From: Octopus bimaculoides
Lineage: Eukaryota
Assembly (NCBI RefSeq): GCF_001194135.2
Contig: NC_068982.1
Span: 161,370,132-161,433,696 of the forward strand
DNA: 63,565 nucleotides
Direction of reading: 5' to 3'
The notes under the pieces are model-generated. The model had not been told where the DNA came from, did not search any database, and saw nothing but the letters and a program-made list of their open reading frames with translations. Positions 58,691 to 63,565 of this stretch are shown in pieces. Each line of letters starts with the position of its first letter. Position 1 is the stretch's first letter. The translations under genes were made by a program, and so were the position numbers.

Positions 58691-60187
58691 GATGTAGAGC
58701 AAATGAACATGACAACAGAATGCAAACAAGAGCACTAACTCTGTTTCAATTTTTAACCACATATCCGCCCATGGGCGATCTAATGGATGGGTGGATTTTC
58801 AGAGAACACCAGTACTACTTAAGATTTTATAAGTGTCATGTATCACTGGGTGAGTTTAATCAGTATGTGTTTTCTAACTTTACCAAATACACAACAGCAA
58901 TAAATGATGACACATACTACTATAGGATACAAACTCTGTAGTCTTTTTCTGATATGGGCCATCCAAATATGGTTCTATAACTGCTGTACATAGTTGGGTA
59001 CATATGTGTGTGCACACATATTCAACTGTTGCTGGATGGATATGTTTTTTTCCGTATATAGAAACAAGTTGGCAGTATCTCTTACAAGAAATATGCATAT
59101 AAAGGGCCTAATATTCTGATTTAAAAGCACTTTGTAATGAAAATCATTGGATTTTTTTTTTTAATGATTGTAAATTAACACTTCAACTGATTGAGTTCAG
59201 TTACCTGCTGGTGTCAACTTTTTCATTCTTCTTGTGTCTGTAAAATAAATAGCAGTCATGTTTTGAGGACAAATTTACTGTCCTTCATGATAATGTGGAC
59301 TTGGAGTTCAACAAATCTGCATTCCATCTTACGTTTGAAATAGGGTCATAATATTCATTTTTCTATAAGATTGCTCCATTGTTTGTGAGCAAAATTTTCA
59401 TGTATTGACAAATACCTTGGTGATCTCACCCCATGCCAATTTCTTTTGTTCATTGCTAATGTTATTTAGCCTCAGTTCAACTCTGATTGAGCAGATTTAT
59501 GATCAAAGGCATTCCAACCAGTCAGTTTTTATACAATGCTAATGCTGTTTTAAAGTCCCAGATTGACTCATTCAGGCTTACCTTATTTAAAGCAACAGGT
59601 CTATATGACTGCATTGAACCATTTATCAACTTGAAGTTCACAAAGGTTGTAGTGCAGATGTTCGCGAGAAAATTCATTTAAGTAAAAGGTATCATTGGTT
59701 GTGAAAAGGTTTGGAACCGTGGACCTATTAGACATTTCCACGTTGGGTTGCTTTGTCGTTTCTATTTGGCAGTGAAAAGTTTATGCAACCAAGGGAGATA
59801 AAGAGTTGCACTATTTATCTCCCTTCCATGCAGGCTTTTTCTATTTAATAATTAATCATATTCAATATTTTATACTAAAATACTCAAGTGGGTTATTTTT
59901 TCCTATTAATACGAAGTGTTTGAAGTATATTTCCCACCATCTTAATTTCGTTTTTACACTTATACAGTATTTTGGAGCATACTAAAATACAATATAGCAT
60001 ACTTCAGTATTCTGAATAGTTCATTCTATAGTTTATCCCCAACACTGTCAATGAAAATTGACTGTTAAGATTCGAGATACACCCTCTTTTTTTTCCCCTC
60101 GCAATATCAAACATTCTACGAAAATATAGTGCTCAAAAACTGAATTTTATATAGATGAAGACGAAAAATCAAATTTTAAATTAACTC

Positions 60188-60480
60188 CTCATCATCCTTT
60201 AACGTCCAACCCATGCTGGCATGGGTTGGGCCTTTTGACCAGAGCTGTACCAGATTCCAGTTTGATTTGGCTTGGTTTCTTCAGCTAGGTTCCCTTCCTA
60301 ATGCCAACCACTTTACAGTGTGTGCTGGGTGCTTTTAACATGGCACTGGCAAGAGTGCTTTTTACATAGCATCAGCACAGGGCTCCTGCAGGCCAGTCCT
60401 CTTCATCAGGGGGTGTGGCATTAACACTTCCACTGTGGAGGATGAATCTTGAGTACAACAAGGGGTCTTCTTGCTGAATG
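60188..60480 (-). mobile_element. RTE-type tail fragment
   Basis: CATCATCCTTTAACGTCC ... CCCTTCCTAATGCCAACCACTTTACAGTG ... GCTTTTAACATGGCAC. Confidence 0.7.
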
Positions 60481-63357
60481 TAAAATGTACCAGCACAAAT
60501 ATATAGAGTATGTTAGGCAGATTTGCCTTTCAAGGTTACAGGAAATATTTTACCAGCATTGAGTTTTTTGGTTGCTTTTTTTTTACATATGGCATGAAAC
60601 CAATAATTTAATCAGTGTTTGATGGTGTATGAAATTAGAATTTGACTAACATTTAACATGTGATTCAAGTTGATGATACAGTTGACTGAAAAAAATAAAT
60701 GGATTTGTGCAGAAACTAGAATAATCTTTTAAAAAACCTGTTAGAAATATGTTTATCTTTAAAAGTAATAGTGATGATTATCATCATCATTTAATGTCCG
60801 TTTTCCATGCTAGCATGGAATTGGACTCATCTTTATCATTTGATGTTCATTTAAGCTTTAGTAATATGGATCTTTATGAAGAATTATTATGACTGAAATG
60901 CCAAGTTTTCCTCGTGTCATTAGAAGTATTATTATATTTCAGTCAACAATCCATTGCTACAAATTAAGTATTAAAGGGGACTTGCAGTTCTAATATCAGT
61001 TTCTTTTGATTCGTTGCAAAGTTTGAGATTTACAGATAAGTAATGGGATATTGCAATGTTCACGTCATTTTCAAAAGTTTAGCAGCCATAAGCGAAGAGA
61101 GTAGACTTCACCTGCTAATAGAAACTCATCTTTAGAAATAAAGGCTTTAGATTTTGATGGAAAGATGATTGCAAATTAATGATGATGTAGCATAAAATAA
61201 TAGGTGCAATATGGCCAAATGGTTTAGAAGTTAAAACATTTTATGTGGCTTCAGATTGACTCTCATCAAGACTTACTGTTGTTTAGCTCCTGTTTTCATT
61301 GTTCAGTCAGACCTACAGTAGTGATACAGCAAATTAAGAGTAAAAAAGAGAGTGATCTACAAGTCCATCTCATGTTTCAGTCTGATCTGAGACTGATATC
61401 TTGACCATTTTTTTCAGCATACAACAGAAGTAAAAAAGAGAAGACATGTAATTTCATATTTTTTTAATAGAATTTTCATCTGCATGGTTTCTAAGAAACA
61501 GCTGTCTGCTATTAAAACCTATTGTAACTATTAAAATATGTCATAAATTGTGGATTTATGGACAAAACTGAAACCTGGTAACATAAACTATAATATGTAA
61601 TGAATCCCCATGGTGCTACTACTACACTGTTACACACTTCTTGAGCAGGAATGTATGTTCATTTCTTTTCTCTTGTAGTACTATGATAAATATCATAATA
61701 TAGACATAATAATTCCCTATCAGATGGCTAAGTTATGAATTATAAGACAATCAGTCAAGATGTTGGCTGTTTTCATCCTGTCATTGATGTTGTATGCTAC
61801 CAGTATACCAAGCTTGTAAGTAGATATAAATCACTATTGTAAATGGGCAGCAATAGCATTATAATTGATGAATGATGTATTGGTTTCTGCAGGAATTATC
61901 CCAAGAGATTTCTCTTTGGTGCTTAATGTTATAGATAGGAAGTGGAGATAAGCATTGTCCCATTAGGTATTTAGACCCAAGTCAACACTAATCAATCTAT
62001 CTGATTAAAGTAGTTCCAGCTGTGACTGTCTCATCAACATCCAGTACAATATATTAGCTAATGTATCCTGTATTTAAGATGACTGTGTGTGATTTGGTTA
62101 TTGTTTATAGCAGGCCAATAAACTGTATTAAGAATCAATAGTGATGTATGTGCTGTGCAGTTGAAGGAAAGCTTCTATCAACCCATGTTTAGGGTCTTAT
62201 TTCATTTCAAAGTTCCAGTTTTTTTCTCTTCTTTTCTCAGTTTCACTATTAAGTATTCACATGTTCAGTCAACTGAAGGTCTTTTTTATTAGAAGTACAA
62301 TCTAGCTAATTAGAACCCACAAAGTTTTTATCTACCAATTTCACTCACAATGCTTAGGTTGACTTGAAGTGATGATAAATGACATTTACCCAAAATGTCG
62401 TGCAGAAGAATCAGACCTGGGATCTCCTGATTGCGAAGCAAACTTCTTAACCATTTAGTCATGTCTGCAATCCATAAAGATATAACTGAATAGTTAATTG
62501 ATTACATCCTAAATACCTTAAGGCAACAAAGAAACTGTTATCATGTATGCTCCATCCCTTGAAATTTAATATGATTCTGATACATCATAGTAGATTATTC
62601 ATTTTTCTCATTTAAAATAATTATCTATTAATGTTGCTTAATTTGTGGTAGCACAAAGTGAAATGGAGCCAAAATTATGAACATTAGAAAATCTTGTAAG
62701 TTTATTGTTACGAAGTACAATATAAACCAGAATCTAAGGAAACAAGTGGTTGCCTGTGCCAGGCTCTGTTTGAAATAGAATGGTATAGATCATATTTTCC
62801 CATTATCGCACACACACTTTTATTGAAATCTGAGAACTTGACCTGCTCTTACAGGAAGCAGATTGTGTTAAAAAAAAATACTGAAGTGAAAATGTCATGC
62901 AATGCATCATAAGGTCAAACTATGTGAGAGGTGTGTGTATGGCAGACATGTCTAACCCATGACATCTAAAAGTAAACAATTGTAAAACTGACAATGTTTT
63001 CAAACATTTTTTTTAGTTCATTGAGGAAAGAAAACTTGCAATGAATCTTCTCAACAGATTAAAACTAGAACTAAAATCACATGTGCAAAAAAATTTGAAA
63101 ACAGATAGAGAACTTAAGATTTTTTTTTTTTTTCCTATTTTACATTCTCATTTTTGTATCTTATCGGGATTTTTTAAAAATTAGTATATTTACATCTCGT
63201 TCAAGCAGTTATTTTCACAGATATATTGTGCTTTTTAACCTCCAGTGTCAGCTTTTATTTAACGGGTCTGTGAACAAAGCCATTCCAACTGAGAACAACC
63301 TATCTTTTCTTCAGGTATCCTTTATATCGTTATGGTTTAATCAATGACAAATTAACA

Positions 63358-63565
63358 GGCGTAGGAGTGGCTGTGTGGTAAGTAACTTGCTTACCAACCA
63401 CATGGCTCCAGGTTCAGTCCCACTGTGTGGCACCTTGGGCAAGTGTCTTCTACTATAGCCTCGGGCCGACCAAAGCCTTGGTAGACAGAAACTGAAAGAA
63501 GCCCGTTGTATATATATATATATGTGTATGTGTCTGTGTTTGTCCCCCCCAACATCGCCTGACAA
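63358..63565 (+). mobile_element. CORE-like SINE cut by the window end
   Basis: GGCGTAGGAGTGGCTGTGTGGTAAG head; matches 46631 and 58328. Confidence 0.85.

Overview
AT-rich animal genomic DNA with four N-gaps. The SINE, RTE and microsatellite landscape looks like an octopus (cephalopod) assembly; that is an inference from recalled repeat families, not a search. The window holds the 3' six coding exons of one plus-strand gene, WDR77/MEP50 (WD40 cofactor of PRMT5): 1773-1822, 17669-17739, 39061-39115, 50405-50591, 51574-51651 and 55738-55990. All have GT-AG sites and splice in frame to about 230 aa ending in TAG; the 5' exons lie upstream of the window. The introns (15.8, 21.3, 11.3, 1.0 and 4.1 kb) and the 3' flank are packed with transposon material: an open Dong/R4-like RT fragment in a (TAA)n repeat, an RTE LINE 3' end with a 12-bp TSD plus about 10 isolated RTE tails, a CR1/L2-type RT relic, a decayed pogo transposase, two non-autonomous Helitrons with precise ends, five piggyBac-type (TTAA) MITEs, several modular tRNA-derived SINEs and about 20 copies of an unclassified repeat. 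I see no convincing new multi-gene system. The most unusual structures are (i) a ~294-bp unit at 28.16-28.81 kb carrying a tRNA-Thr(CGT)-like cloverleaf whose acceptor stem is extended by about 22 bp, present as inverted plus tandem copies, and (ii) a near-perfect 65-nt intronic hairpin at 16236-16300. TE boundaries are approximate unless termini or TSDs are quoted.
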